Positions 47,158 through 57,280 of a stretch of DNA of 64,000 nucleotides are shown here, one piece after another (position 1 is the stretch's first letter; each line of letters begins with the position of its first letter). The notes beneath the pieces were generated by a model that saw nothing but the letters and a program-made list of their open reading frames with translations, was not told where the DNA came from and searched no databases. The position numbers were made by a program, and so were the translations under genes. The stretch is from assembly GCA_040389905.1 (NCBI GenBank), contig JAZJZK010000005.1:1-64000 (forward strand), in the 5' to 3' direction. Source of the stretch: Gemmatimonadota bacterium (lineage in GTDB: Bacteria > Gemmatimonadota > Gemmatimonadetes > Gemmatimonadales > Gemmatimonadaceae).

Positions 47158-48597
47158 CTACGTTCGCGCTGGGCGCTGCTGCGAAATCCACGACGGACGA
47201 AGACGTCGCCACGCCAAGCGCGCGAGACTGCCGATACCCGTGCGCACAAGCCACCTCGGTGCACCACTCAGCTCCGCGCCGAGAAAACGACCGGAGTAGA
47301 GGGTCGTGGGTTCGTAGTAGCGCATGGGTGTGCCGAACGTGGCCAGCCAATGCATGGCGGGAGAACATCGTTCGCTCGGCAGTTCCGGCAGCCGCTTGTC
47401 GTCGAGCAGCGCTTCGAGCTCCGTCACCGAGTGCGGCTCATACACGCAGCCGAAGCCGCTGTAGAACGCCTCCTCCACCACAATCGACGGCCGTCCGCCA
47501 GCGGCCGCGAGCAGGCCAATGTCCGTGCCTGCCGTGACCACCACGTCCGCTTGTCGCACGAACGCGTCATCGTCGACCTGCTCTTCACTGCGGACGACCT
47601 GAGTGCCAAGCGACGCGATCGCATCGAGCCACGCGCGATCCGACGGCTGACCCGCCACGGCATCCGGGTGTTCCCGCACGATGAAATCGACGTCGGACCG
47701 CGTTGACGCCCACCGCGCGAGGTGTGCAACCGCATCTCGTTGAGTGGGGAAGATTCCGGAGTGTTCACGCCCGGTGTATTCCTGCTCGAAATCGTTCGTG
47801 GTGAAGAAGACGATGCGGCGCCTGGCGTTGTGTGGTGGGTCGGCGCGCACGGGGTCGGCGGCGACGGCGCGCCGTTCCGGGCCAGCGGCCTCCCAGTAGC
47901 GTCGAATCTCCGATTGAACGAACCGCGGGTCCTGCGGACGCTCGCGGAATAGTTCATAGCGATCCATCGTCGACCCTTGCTCGTGATACAACAAGGGGAC
48001 GCCGCACAGGCGCGCTGCCTCGGCCACGGCGCCGCCGGCCGCATAGCGCCCGTTGTAGGTAATGATTTCCACAGGCCGAAGTGCCGCGAGCAACGCCTTT
48101 GTCATCTCGAAGGTCATTGCGCCCAGACGGAAATAACTTTGCAGCAACGGGCAGAGTCTGACGAGATCGGGACTGGCGTGCTTGGCCACGTGCGTCAACG
48201 ATGCCGCGACGCTCTCTCCAAGGCGCGCGGCCCCGTAGCGGTACCCCCGGAGCTCCTCGTAGGTGGTCGGAGTCCCGCTGGCGTACGCCTCGACCCTTTG
48301 GAGTTCGCCGGCGCCGAGTGTGGGAATGCGAATGATTTCCACGCCGAATCGAGTGAGCCCCGATGTCAGTTGCCGAATCTTGTGGTCGCGGGTCCATAGG
48401 CGCGTCTTTTCGAGAAACGGAAAGCGCGGCGCGTCGTCGGGATTCGGAAGAGCGAGCACGCAGACTGCGACGCGCTGTCCTGCGACCGCGCGGGTGATCG
48501 CGATCTCGCCACCAATTTCGAGCGCGGGGGTCCATGTCACCGTCTCGACGATGAGCGTGTCAACTGGACCGAGCGCGCTGCCCGCCGTCGTGTCCAC
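47158..48597 (-). CDS. capsule-biosynthesis-type (KpsS-like) protein, paralog A
   Basis: Collinear with paralog B (TWTPALE, PNPD..PRF.FLE, YNGR, VREHP, GCVYEP, RYYEPT.LY.G.FLG). Confidence 0.6.
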   Translation of the reverse strand: MDTTAGSALGPVDTLIVETVTWTPALEIGGEIAITRAVAGQRVAVCVLALPNPDDAPRFPFLEKTRLWTRDHKIRQLTSGLTRFGVEIIRIPTLGAGELQRVEAYASGTPTTYEELRGYRYGAARLGESVAASLTHVAKHASPDLVRLCPLLQSYFRLGAMTFEMTKALLAALRPVEIITYNGRYAAGGAVAEAARLCGVPLLYHEQGSTMDRYELFRERPQDPRFVQSEIRRYWEAAGPERRAVAADPVRADPPHNARRRIVFFTTNDFEQEYTGREHSGIFPTQRDAVAHLARWASTRSDVDFIVREHPDAVAGQPSDRAWLDAIASLGTQVVRSEEQVDDDAFVRQADVVVTAGTDIGLLAAAGGRPSIVVEEAFYSGFGCVYEPHSVTELEALLDDKRLPELPSERCSPAMHWLATFGTPMRYYEPTTLYSGRFLGAELSGAPRWLVRTGIGSLARLAWRRLRPSWISQQRPART

Positions 48598-48602
48598 GAC
48601 CG

Positions 48603-50345
48603 TCAGACCGTGGATTGCAGGACTTCCGCGAGTCGCCCCGCCCGCAATTGATAGATGTGGTCGCAGCGGACCAGCGTCGACGCGCGGTGCGTCACGATGA
48701 TGATGGTCATGACGTGCCGAAGGTCGTGCACCGTCGCAACGACCTGTTCCTCCGTCTCCGTGTCGAGTGCGCTGGTCGCCTCGTCGAGCACCAGCACCGA
48801 CGGATCATGATAGAGGGCACGGGCGATTCCCACCCGCTGACGCTCGCCACCTGAGAAACGTATGCCCCGCTCGCCGAGCACCGTGTCCAGCCCTGCAGGC
48901 AACCGTGCGACGAACGCGTCGAGGCGTGCCGACCGCAGTGAGCGCCACACCGCGGTGTCGTCGATCTCCTCGTCGGGCACTCCGAAGGCGATGTTCCGGC
49001 GCAGTGAATCATCGGTGAGGTTGACGTCTTGCGGGACGTAGCCGATCTGATCCTGCCAGCCGCCAAGATCGTCGCGGATGTCTGTTCCATCGAGCATGAC
49101 GGCGCCCGCGTCCGGCGTCAGCAGGCCCAACAGTACGTCGATCAGGGTGCTCTTGCCGGCGCCGCTCGAGCCAACGATGCCAATGGATTCTCCCCGCTCC
49201 ACGCGTAACCGCACGTGGTCGAGTGCCGGGGACGTCCGGTCGGGATATGCGAAACTCACGTCGGCGAGTTCGATGCTTTCGCCAAGGCGCTTGCCGCGCC
49301 GCACGCGCGGGGCGACGGTCACTCGCAGCGTGGTGACGTCCGTGTGCAATTTGTCGATCGCTGGTAGTGCGTACGCGACCTGTTGCATGCTCACGAGAAT
49401 CCTGTTCAGCGAGGGGGTGACCCGGATCGCTACCGCGCCAAAGAGCCCCAGCGTCGGCAGGATGAGCGCCACTGGCCTGCCTTGAGAAATCATCGCGTAG
49501 GTCACGGCCGTGAGCATCACGATCGCAAGGAATTCGAGAATCAGCTTGACGCTGAGTGACACCGCTTCATGGCGGTGTGCCGCATCGGCGCGTCTGGTGT
49601 TGTGCGTCGAGAAGCGCGATACGAACTCGGCTTGCCGTCCGTGCAGGATGACTTCCTTGACGGTCTCGAGGCCCTGGCGCAGATGCATGAGCGACAACTG
49701 CGCCTGCGACTGACGTGATACGCCCCACTTTTCCGTCTGCTTGCGAGTCAGTTTGTTGAATGCCCAGGCGATGAGGAATACCAATAACACCGCGGTGATC
49801 GCGCCTGATGGCTCGACGGTGATCAGCAGGGCGACGAGCGCGAAAACGACCAGCAGTTCGGTGATCAGGACCATCCCCGCGCCAACGCCTTCGATGGTGA
49901 ACACCGTGAGCTCTTCGACGATGTTGTTGAGGAGGTGGGCGGAGTTTCGTTGGAGGTGGAACGTGTACGGTTGCGCCAGATAGAGCGCGAATATCCGTCG
50001 CGCGAGATCGGCGTCGAGGTGATGCGAGAAGCGTGTTTGTCGCCACGCCATCCAAAGCAGGAAGCCGTTCTTCACGAAATACGCCGCGGTCAGCGCGAGC
50101 ATCCCGCCCACCACGAGCGTCTCTCGCCGCGCTCCAGCTGCGGCAAACAGTGAACCAACCAGGGGTATCGTCCGTCCGGCATCGGCGTCGGTAAACAGGG
50201 CGAGCGCCGGGAGTACGAGGCTGACGCCGAAGGTTTCCAGGACCATCGCCACGAGCATCATGACGAACAGCAGCCCGAGCTCGCGCCGCTCCGATCCGTT
50301 CAGCAGCTCCCAGATCTTTCGCGCGGACGCAAAGGCGACGTTCAT
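48603..50345 (-). CDS. ABC transporter permease/ATPase (PglK/MsbA-like glycan flippase)
   Basis: TM domain, Walker A GSSGAGKST, FSGGERQR signature, LVLDEATSALD. Confidence 0.9.
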   Translation of the reverse strand: MNVAFASARKIWELLNGSERRELGLLFVMMLVAMVLETFGVSLVLPALALFTDADAGRTIPLVGSLFAAAGARRETLVVGGMLALTAAYFVKNGFLLWMAWRQTRFSHHLDADLARRIFALYLAQPYTFHLQRNSAHLLNNIVEELTVFTIEGVGAGMVLITELLVVFALVALLITVEPSGAITAVLLVFLIAWAFNKLTRKQTEKWGVSRQSQAQLSLMHLRQGLETVKEVILHGRQAEFVSRFSTHNTRRADAAHRHEAVSLSVKLILEFLAIVMLTAVTYAMISQGRPVALILPTLGLFGAVAIRVTPSLNRILVSMQQVAYALPAIDKLHTDVTTLRVTVAPRVRRGKRLGESIELADVSFAYPDRTSPALDHVRLRVERGESIGIVGSSGAGKSTLIDVLLGLLTPDAGAVMLDGTDIRDDLGGWQDQIGYVPQDVNLTDDSLRRNIAFGVPDEEIDDTAVWRSLRSARLDAFVARLPAGLDTVLGERGIRFSGGERQRVGIARALYHDPSVLVLDEATSALDTETEEQVVATVHDLRHVMTIIIVTHRASTLVRCDHIYQLRAGRLAEVLQSTV

Positions 50346-50400
50346 GACGAGAGTCGGATGCCGAGAGAGCGAGCGTTGAACCCGGTGTTATTGTAGTCAT

Positions 50401-51225
50401 GTGCCGTGGGGAATCCATAGGAAACGCATGCATGACTTTCGATTGCCCGTGCTCGGGTATCACTCGGTGGGACCACGCGAGCCGGGCCTGGCGCCGCATC
50501 TCGTCGTGTCAGCCCGGGAATTCGAGCAGCACCTCGATTGGCTGGTGTCGCTCGGCTATCGGACCCTGCGTCTGCAAGAGGTCATCGATGCGTTCGAGGG
50601 CCGAGGCGTTCTACCGCCCCACTCCGTACTCCTCACGTTCGACGACGGGTACCGGACGCTTGCGTCGACCGCATTTCCCGCACTCGCAGCACGCGGCATG
50701 TCCGCGACGGTATTCGTCGTCACCCAGCGAATCGGTGAGGCCAACGTCTGGGATGCCGCGCCCGGCGGGCCGACTGTTCCCTTGCTGACGCATGAAGAGA
50801 TCGCCCACTGGCACTCCCGGGGCATTCAGTTCGGTGCGCACACGCGGACGCATCCCTCCCTGCCGGCGCTCCGCGACGATTCTGTGGTGTCCGAAATCGC
50901 AGGGTCAGCGGAGGACCTGCGCGCCCTGCTGGGCGGGCCGGTGAACGCATTCGCGTATCCGTATGGTCACACCGATGCCAGGTCGGCCCGCGCCGTGGCC
51001 GATGCGTTTCCACTCGGTTTTTCGTCCTGGCACGGTATCAACCGGCGCTCGACCAAGCGGTGGATGCTCCGCAGGAGCATGGTGGAGCCTGATACCAACC
51101 GACTCATCCTGCGGTGCCATCTCTCGTTTGGTCGACTGCCATGGGAATCGCTGTTGGGGCATCTCTCCCCACGGGCACTCGTACGATATTTCGGGCTGCG
51201 GCGCCGAATGGTCCGCGACGCGTGA
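50401..51225 (+). CDS. polysaccharide deacetylase (NodB/CE4)
   Basis: LGYHSV, TFDDGY, GAHTRTH and FAYPYG motifs. Alternative start at ATG 50428. Confidence 0.88.
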   Translation: MPWGIHRKRMHDFRLPVLGYHSVGPREPGLAPHLVVSAREFEQHLDWLVSLGYRTLRLQEVIDAFEGRGVLPPHSVLLTFDDGYRTLASTAFPALAARGMSATVFVVTQRIGEANVWDAAPGGPTVPLLTHEEIAHWHSRGIQFGAHTRTHPSLPALRDDSVVSEIAGSAEDLRALLGGPVNAFAYPYGHTDARSARAVADAFPLGFSSWHGINRRSTKRWMLRRSMVEPDTNRLILRCHLSFGRLPWESLLGHLSPRALVRYFGLRRRMVRDA

Positions 51226-51312
51226 AACGCTCGGCGAGCCTTACGGATCTCACGAATCGGGGCTCAATCGCCGAGTGATTGCTGGGGTCAGCCCTCCACA
51301 CCAGGGATTCGC

Positions 51313-52371
51313 ATGAGTGCTCCGACGATTCAGATCGGCAACCGCACCATAGGAGTGGGGCACCCCGTCTACATCATTGCCGAGATGTCGGCGAACCACA
51401 ATCGGAGCTTCGACGAAGCCGTGCGTATTGTCGAGGCGGCGAAAGCGGCGGGCGCCGATGCGATCAAGCTCCAGACGTATACCGCCGATACGATAACCAT
51501 CGACTCGAATGCCCCGGAATTTCAGATCGAGGGCACGGTCTGGCATGGGCGAACGCTTCATGATCTCTATGCGGAAGCGAGCACACCGTGGGAATGGCAG
51601 CCGCGTCTCAAGGAGGTGGCCGACCATCTCGGTCTCGACCTCTTTTCCAGCCCGTTCGATTCCAGTGCCGTGGACTTTCTTGAAGCCATGGGAGTGCCGG
51701 CGTTCAAGATTGCGTCGTTCGAGAACGTGGACATTGGTTTGCTGCGGCGCGTTGCGCGCACCGGCAAGCCAGTCATCGTCTCAACGGGGATGGCGGAGCT
51801 GGCCGAGATCGACGAGGCGGTGCGTGCGCTCCGTTCGGCGTCGGTGAACGGGGTGGCGCTGCTGCACTGTGTCAGTGCGTATCCTGCACCGGCAGACGCC
51901 ATGAACCTGCGTACCATTGCCGATCTCTCGGAGCGCTTCAGTGCGCCCGCAGGACTCTCCGACCACACACTCGGCATCGCGGTGCCTGTGACCGCCACCG
52001 CACTCGGAGCGTGCATCATCGAAAAGCACCTCACGCTCTCCCGTTCCGTACCGGGGCCCGACAGCACATTCTCGCTGGAGCCGGATGAGTTCAGGGCGAT
52101 GGTCGACGGGGTGCGACAAGCGGAACAGTCGCTCGGTTCCGTGGCCTATGGCATCAATGCGGCTGACGAGGCGACCCGGAAGCTCCGCCGCTCGTTGTTC
52201 GTGGTGGAGCAGGTTCGAGCGGGAGAGACCTTTACCGAACGGAACGTGCGCTCGATCAGGCCAGCCGCTGGCCTGCACACACGGTACCTCGACAGCGTGA
52301 TTGGACAGAAAGCGGCCAGAGACATTGCTCGCGGCACGCCCCTGTCCTGGGATCTCGTCGATCGCGGGTGA
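51313..52371 (+). CDS. pseI: pseudaminic acid synthase
   Basis: IAEMSANHN, IKLQTYTADTIT, TPWEW, KIASFE, GLSDHT, C-terminal SAF domain (RRSLF...RSIRP). Confidence 0.92.
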   Translation: MSAPTIQIGNRTIGVGHPVYIIAEMSANHNRSFDEAVRIVEAAKAAGADAIKLQTYTADTITIDSNAPEFQIEGTVWHGRTLHDLYAEASTPWEWQPRLKEVADHLGLDLFSSPFDSSAVDFLEAMGVPAFKIASFENVDIGLLRRVARTGKPVIVSTGMAELAEIDEAVRALRSASVNGVALLHCVSAYPAPADAMNLRTIADLSERFSAPAGLSDHTLGIAVPVTATALGACIIEKHLTLSRSVPGPDSTFSLEPDEFRAMVDGVRQAEQSLGSVAYGINAADEATRKLRRSLFVVEQVRAGETFTERNVRSIRPAAGLHTRYLDSVIGQKAARDIARGTPLSWDLVDRG

Positions 52372-52373
52372 TG

Positions 52374-53594
52374 TCAGGTGTTCGCGGGGCCCGCAAGGCT
52401 GGGCGCCGTGAACCGCTTCCACTCGTCCTTACGCAGGTGAACGGGACCATACGCGGACGGCGTGCCCCAGACGTTGTGCTTGATCCATTGGCCCTCCTCG
52501 ATCCACCACACACGTGGATCGCGAAAGCTGTCGGCAATCGACCAGAACTCGCCCTCTGACATCCCGACGTACTCGAGCCAGTACGGAAGGTCGGATGAAA
52601 CGACGTGATCGTATCGCCGCACCATTTCCACACCCTGTTCACGTGTGAGATACCCGGTGCGAATGTCCTTCGACGCGTGATCGGAGCCGCGGCCGTAGCC
52701 GAATTTCACGAACTTCATCAGGTCGTGGATGCCGTTCTCGTAGCGATCGTCGAGGTTCGAAATCGTCCGATAGGTGCGCTCGAACGGTTGTGCTGCCTCC
52801 TTCCACCCATGCCGCTTCATCATCTCCGCGGTGTGCGCGTAGGGATCCCACTTGAAGAAGTTGCCGATGTAGATGCCGCGCGAGCCGACGCGCAGGATGT
52901 CCTCGTCGGAGGGATAGCGCGCCCAGAGTAGATCGCGCTCGGCGAGCGGATCGGCGGCATCGCCGAGCATGTCGTACCATTCGAAGCCGCGCAGGTCGTG
53001 TTCGTGGCGCACGCGCGCGCTGAACTCGACGAGGTCGTCAGGATCGAACATCCCGGAGATGTCCCACGACGTTTCTCCCCAGATGTGCAAGGGAATCCCG
53101 AGCTTCACCGACATCTGGATGGGGTAGGTGAAGATGCCGCAGTGCGCATGCCAGTTCATGTCGCCCATCTTCCGGAAGCAGATGCGATTCAGCTTTTTCA
53201 GCACCTCGACGCTGGGGCCGAACACGAGATGGTCCGCGTCGAACACATGGCGCATGCGATCGCGATTGTAGTCGCCCTCCGGCAGATAGTTGTTGCCGTG
53301 ATAGGTGACCAACAGCGGCTTCAGTCCGTAGCGCTTGACGATGATGTCGGTCTGGTAGTAGCTGTCCTTTCCCCCGCTGACCGGGATGATGCAGTCGTAG
53401 TTGGCGCCAGCGCTTCGCGACTGTTCGATGATACGCTCGAAGAGCGCCCGTTTTCGATCCCAGAATTCCGGTGTCAGTGACTCGGCGCGCTCGAATGCAC
53501 GGCAACTCGAGCAAATGCCGTCATCGTCAACGTCGATGTTGACGGCGTGCACGGGATAAACGCACCGCGCGCAATACGTGCGAGAGGTCAGCAT
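52374..53594 (-). CDS. N-acetyl sugar amidotransferase (WbuX/WbpG/PseA family)
   Basis: N-terminal CxxC pairs, PP-loop YDCIIPVSGGKDSY, KFGYGR...HAS.DIR.G. Confidence 0.9.
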   Translation of the reverse strand: MLTSRTYCARCVYPVHAVNIDVDDDGICSSCRAFERAESLTPEFWDRKRALFERIIEQSRSAGANYDCIIPVSGGKDSYYQTDIIVKRYGLKPLLVTYHGNNYLPEGDYNRDRMRHVFDADHLVFGPSVEVLKKLNRICFRKMGDMNWHAHCGIFTYPIQMSVKLGIPLHIWGETSWDISGMFDPDDLVEFSARVRHEHDLRGFEWYDMLGDAADPLAERDLLWARYPSDEDILRVGSRGIYIGNFFKWDPYAHTAEMMKRHGWKEAAQPFERTYRTISNLDDRYENGIHDLMKFVKFGYGRGSDHASKDIRTGYLTREQGVEMVRRYDHVVSSDLPYWLEYVGMSEGEFWSIADSFRDPRVWWIEEGQWIKHNVWGTPSAYGPVHLRKDEWKRFTAPSLAGPANT

Positions 53595-53596
53595 CG

Positions 53597-54406
53597 CTAC
53601 GCGAGAGAAAGGAGTCTGGGCGGACGGACCTCGAACTTCCGCGCATGCAGGAAGGCCCTCGCCAGGTGCACGCTCTGGTCACTGTAGTGGAAGATATTCG
53701 CCGCAGCAACGGCATCGACATTCGTCTCGGAGAGTGCGTCGGCGAAATGCTGCCACTCGCCCACGCCACCGCACGCGATGACCGGAATGTGCACAGCGTC
53801 CGCAACCGCGCTCACGAGCGAAAGATCATAGCCTGTTTTCGCCCCATCGCGGTCGATGGAATTGATCAGGATTTCGCCTGCCCCTCGTTCCTGCGCTTCC
53901 GTCGCCCACGCGATGGGGTCGCGGCCCGTTGGGACTCGGCCGCCATCGATCATCACCTCGTATCCCGATTCGACCACCTTCGCATCGATCGACACCACGA
54001 CGCATTGGGATCCAAATTCGCGGCCGGCCTGTGTAATCAACTCGGGAGTGCTGGCCGCGGCGGTATTGATACAGAGCTTGTCCGCACCCAACGCAAGCCG
54101 ATCTGCCATGTCGCTGAGATTCCTGATGCGCCCGCCGACGGTCATCGGCATGAAGGTCACGGATGCAACCTCGCCGATGATCTCGAGAAAGGTCTGGCGA
54201 GGGGCGTGCGCAAGGTCCGTCCGCTGTGCATCGAACTGCCTTTCGCGGGAAATGTCGAGGTAGATCAGCTCATCCGATCCCCATTCGCTCAACCGCTTCA
54301 CCGCCGCCACGGGATTCCCGAGGTTCTGGTAGCGAGAAAAGCCGCGGCTCTGCACGAGCGAGCCATTTCGCAGCAGCAGCACGGGGATGATGCGGCGCTT
54401 CTTCAT
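53597..54406 (-). CDS. hisF: HisF-like cyclase subunit (polysaccharide-associated paralog, WbuZ-like)
   Basis: RIIPVLL, DELIYLDI, GAGEILINSIDRDG..GYD. Confidence 0.85.
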   Translation of the reverse strand: MKKRRIIPVLLLRNGSLVQSRGFSRYQNLGNPVAAVKRLSEWGSDELIYLDISRERQFDAQRTDLAHAPRQTFLEIIGEVASVTFMPMTVGGRIRNLSDMADRLALGADKLCINTAAASTPELITQAGREFGSQCVVVSIDAKVVESGYEVMIDGGRVPTGRDPIAWATEAQERGAGEILINSIDRDGAKTGYDLSLVSAVADAVHIPVIACGGVGEWQHFADALSETNVDAVAAANIFHYSDQSVHLARAFLHARKFEVRPPRLLSLA

Positions 54407-55035
54407 GGGAGGCCGAGAAAATTCCGCGCGAAACGGATTCCAGAATGTTGGCTCTTCTCCGGATGAAACTGCGCGCCGATAATGTTGCGGCGCTGCACGA
54501 CTGCGGCGAAGGTCTCACCATGTGTCGCGGTCGCGACGACATCCGCCGGATCGTCTGGCACAAAAATGAAGCTGTGGACGAAATAAAAGTCCGGTCGATC
54601 GCCGAGCCCGTCGAGAAGTGGGCTGTGATGAACCGTGGCCAAGTCGTTCCACCCAGTATGCGGAATGGAGACGTCAGAGCCTGTGTCGAGGCCGCGAGTC
54701 GTTCCCGCAATCCAACCAAGGCCGGCGTGCTCACCGAACTCCAGTCCTCGGTCCGCGAGCACCTGCATCCCAACGCAGATGCCGAGAAAGGGTTTGCCTT
54801 CCACGATCACAATCTGCTGGAGATCAGCGACTGGCAAGCGGGCGGAGATCCTCGTCATCGCCGCGCCGAAGGCGCCGACACCCGGAAGCACAAGATGCGT
54901 TGCGCGTCGGATGTCCTCCGGGTTGTTCGATACGACGATGTCTGCCACGAGCGAGGCGAACAGGTTGCGAACCGAGCGCACGTTGCCAGAGCCATAGTCC
55001 AGAACACACACGATCGGCGCGGATGGACCCGTCAC
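54403..55035 (-). CDS. hisH: HisH-like glutaminase subunit (polysaccharide-associated paralog, WbuY-like)
   Basis: DYGSGN, LPGVGAF, GICVGMQ, YFVHS, QFHPEKS. Confidence 0.88.
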   Translation of the reverse strand: MTGPSAPIVCVLDYGSGNVRSVRNLFASLVADIVVSNNPEDIRRATHLVLPGVGAFGAAMTRISARLPVADLQQIVIVEGKPFLGICVGMQVLADRGLEFGEHAGLGWIAGTTRGLDTGSDVSIPHTGWNDLATVHHSPLLDGLGDRPDFYFVHSFIFVPDDPADVVATATHGETFAAVVQRRNIIGAQFHPEKSQHSGIRFARNFLGLP

Positions 55036-55047
55036 TGCTCGTGCGCC

Positions 55048-56355
55048 TCAGGCCAGGCGTTTGAAACGCGAATGCGCCACTGGACCGCGGAGGCGCGTCT
55101 CGACCGTTCCCTCGGTGATGGCTGCGGCAACGATCGCGAACGCCTGGTCGACCACACTGAAGTACTGCGACAGCATCTCGTTGTCGTGGCGCAGGTTCAC
55201 GTAGAATCGGTTCGTGGACAGATAGCCCAAGTCGAGCATGCACTGCGTGTACAACGTGCGCGTCGCGTTGGGTGCATCGCCGATGAAGTCGAAGTGCGAA
55301 ATGGGCAGCATGCCGCCGATGTGGACGTGCAGGCCATGTCGATCCGCGAGCCGCTGCCATTCGCTCTGGATCAGTGCACCCCGCTGCACAAGCAGCGAAC
55401 CCACGTCGTGTGCCGTGTGCTTGCGAATGGTGGCCAGCGCCGCAACAGGGCCGATGCGCTCCGTCCATGAGGTGCTGCTGATAAACGATCCTTGAATCGC
55501 CTCCATCACGCGGGCGCGGCCGAGGACGGCCGCCATGGGGTAGCCGTTGCTCATCGCCTTCGCGAATACCGCGATGTCCGGTTCGATACCGAGCAGACGG
55601 TGGGCGCCACTGCTGGCAAAGCGGAACCCCGCCGTGATCTCGTCCACGATGAAGACCGCGCCTGCTTCCGTCGCAAGCTCGCGCACGCGTTCAAGAAAGC
55701 CGGGCTCAGGCGTCTCTCCGCGCAGCGGCTCCATGACGACGGCGGCGATTTCGCCTTTGTGTTCCGTCACGAGCGCTTCGAGCTCTTCGGGATGGTTGTA
55801 GCGAAAGGGCAGGGCGGTTCCGAGCAGCTCGCGGGGTACGCCAAGCGGCTCGAGCCCCGGCAGCAGATGTCCCGAGAGGACTTCGTCGTGCGCGAGATTG
55901 GCCGCGAGGTACCAGTCATGCCAGCCGTGATAGCCACAGAACAGGACCTTCGAGCGTCGCGTGTGTGCCCGTGCGGCGCGCACGGCGAGCGTCATCGCCT
56001 CGCCGCCGGCGCGCGTGTACCGCACCATGTCGGCCCACGGGTGGATCTCGCACAGCAGTTCGGCCAACTCGACTTCTTCCGGGCAGTTCAGCGTGGCGAC
56101 GGAGCCGTTATCGATCGCAGACTTGACTGCGGCATCGACGTCCGGGTCGGCAAAGCCAAGGACCGCTGCGCCAATCGAGCTGTCCGTGTCGATGAATCTC
56201 CGTCCTTCGAGGTCCCACACCTCATAACCGCTGGAGCGCGAGTAGTAGCTGGGCCACTGATCAGGCAGATACATCTCAGGGCGCTTGGACAGCAATTGCG
56301 TCCCGCCGGGAATCCTGCGCTTTGCCTCGAGGTACAACTCCTGACCCGACGTCAT
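55048..56355 (-). CDS. class III aminotransferase (GSA-aminomutase-like)
   Basis: IPGGTQLLSKRPE, GYHGWHDW, DEITAGFR and FAKAMSNGYP motifs. Confidence 0.88.
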   Translation of the reverse strand: MTSGQELYLEAKRRIPGGTQLLSKRPEMYLPDQWPSYYSRSSGYEVWDLEGRRFIDTDSSIGAAVLGFADPDVDAAVKSAIDNGSVATLNCPEEVELAELLCEIHPWADMVRYTRAGGEAMTLAVRAARAHTRRSKVLFCGYHGWHDWYLAANLAHDEVLSGHLLPGLEPLGVPRELLGTALPFRYNHPEELEALVTEHKGEIAAVVMEPLRGETPEPGFLERVRELATEAGAVFIVDEITAGFRFASSGAHRLLGIEPDIAVFAKAMSNGYPMAAVLGRARVMEAIQGSFISSTSWTERIGPVAALATIRKHTAHDVGSLLVQRGALIQSEWQRLADRHGLHVHIGGMLPISHFDFIGDAPNATRTLYTQCMLDLGYLSTNRFYVNLRHDNEMLSQYFSVVDQAFAIVAAAITEGTVETRLRGPVAHSRFKRLA

Positions 56356-56485
56356 TTCAATGGCTCCGCTGAGCGAACACGATTCTCAACCCCCGGCGCG
56401 TCGATTCCGCGCCTTCATGCAAAATACGCGAGTGTTCGATGTGTCGGCATGTAGGCGGAATCGCCACAACGGCGTCCACTCGGCG

Positions 56486-57280
56486 TCATTCAATCTGTGC
56501 ATCGTCGCGCATCGTCTCCCGGGACGATGCCGGAGCGGCGTCCTCGCGGAGTGATTTCGCGTACCCCGCGTTTCGCTCGATGCCGCGGTTGCTCTCTTCC
56601 AATGTGTCGTCCGATCGAATCATGGCGGCGAGCTCCCGAAAGCCGAAGTCCATCGAGCCCATTCGCGAGGCCACCGCACGGACGAAGGCGAGGTCTGCCG
56701 GTTCGTCCACCGTCCATCGCATTGCCGAGAGGTCGTCGTCGAGCGACACATTTGCGAGCCGGAAAAGTTCCGGATGGTTTCTGATGAACGGTGTGACGTG
56801 CTCTCGCTCAGATGGTAGCGCAGCGCGCTTTGCGGCAAGTGCGAGCGCCGCAGCCGTAAAGACCTCCGTATCGAGCCCGTCGGGATAAGTTGGGGGATTG
56901 ACGTTCGAGACGTAGTCCTGGCCACGCTTCAAGAACTCGCGCACCACATCGTCGACGACCGACGGATCGATAAACGGACAGTCCGCCGTGACACGCACGA
57001 CGACGTCGGCACCGAGCGACGTGGCCGCGTCGTGATAGCGCGAGAGCACGTCGTTCACGCTGCCGCGCGTGACGAGAATTGCATTCGCCCTACAGAAGGC
57101 CTCTACCTCGTCGTCATCGGGCGAGACGGTTGTGGCGACCACCACGAGATCCACGCGTTGCGCGTTTCGGACGCGCCGCACGACGTGGGCGAGCATCGGT
57201 GCTCCAGCGATATCCGCGAAGATCTTTCCGGGCAATCGCGTCGAACCAAGACGTGCCTGTATGATGGCGACCGTCTTCAC
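56486..57280 (-). CDS. spsF: SpsF-type cytidylyltransferase (CMP-nonulosonate synthetase)
   Basis: IQARLGSTRLPGK, RGS..DVLSRY, RVTADCP, REHVTP, RWTVDEP.D. Confidence 0.85.
   Translation of the reverse strand: MKTVAIIQARLGSTRLPGKIFADIAGAPMLAHVVRRVRNAQRVDLVVVATTVSPDDDEVEAFCRANAILVTRGSVNDVLSRYHDAATSLGADVVVRVTADCPFIDPSVVDDVVREFLKRGQDYVSNVNPPTYPDGLDTEVFTAAALALAAKRAALPSEREHVTPFIRNHPELFRLANVSLDDDLSAMRWTVDEPADLAFVRAVASRMGSMDFGFRELAAMIRSDDTLEESNRGIERNAGYAKSLREDAAPASSRETMRDDAQIE

Noticed and set aside
53597..55035. hisF/hisH as histidine biosynthesis genes
   Set aside because: No other his genes are nearby; adjacency to the sugar amidotransferase indicates ammonia-supply paralogs.
55048..56355. hemL (tetrapyrrole synthesis)
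   Set aside because: The motifs (GGTQLLSKRPE, YHGWHDW) and context match the nonulosonate-cluster subfamily rather than HemL.
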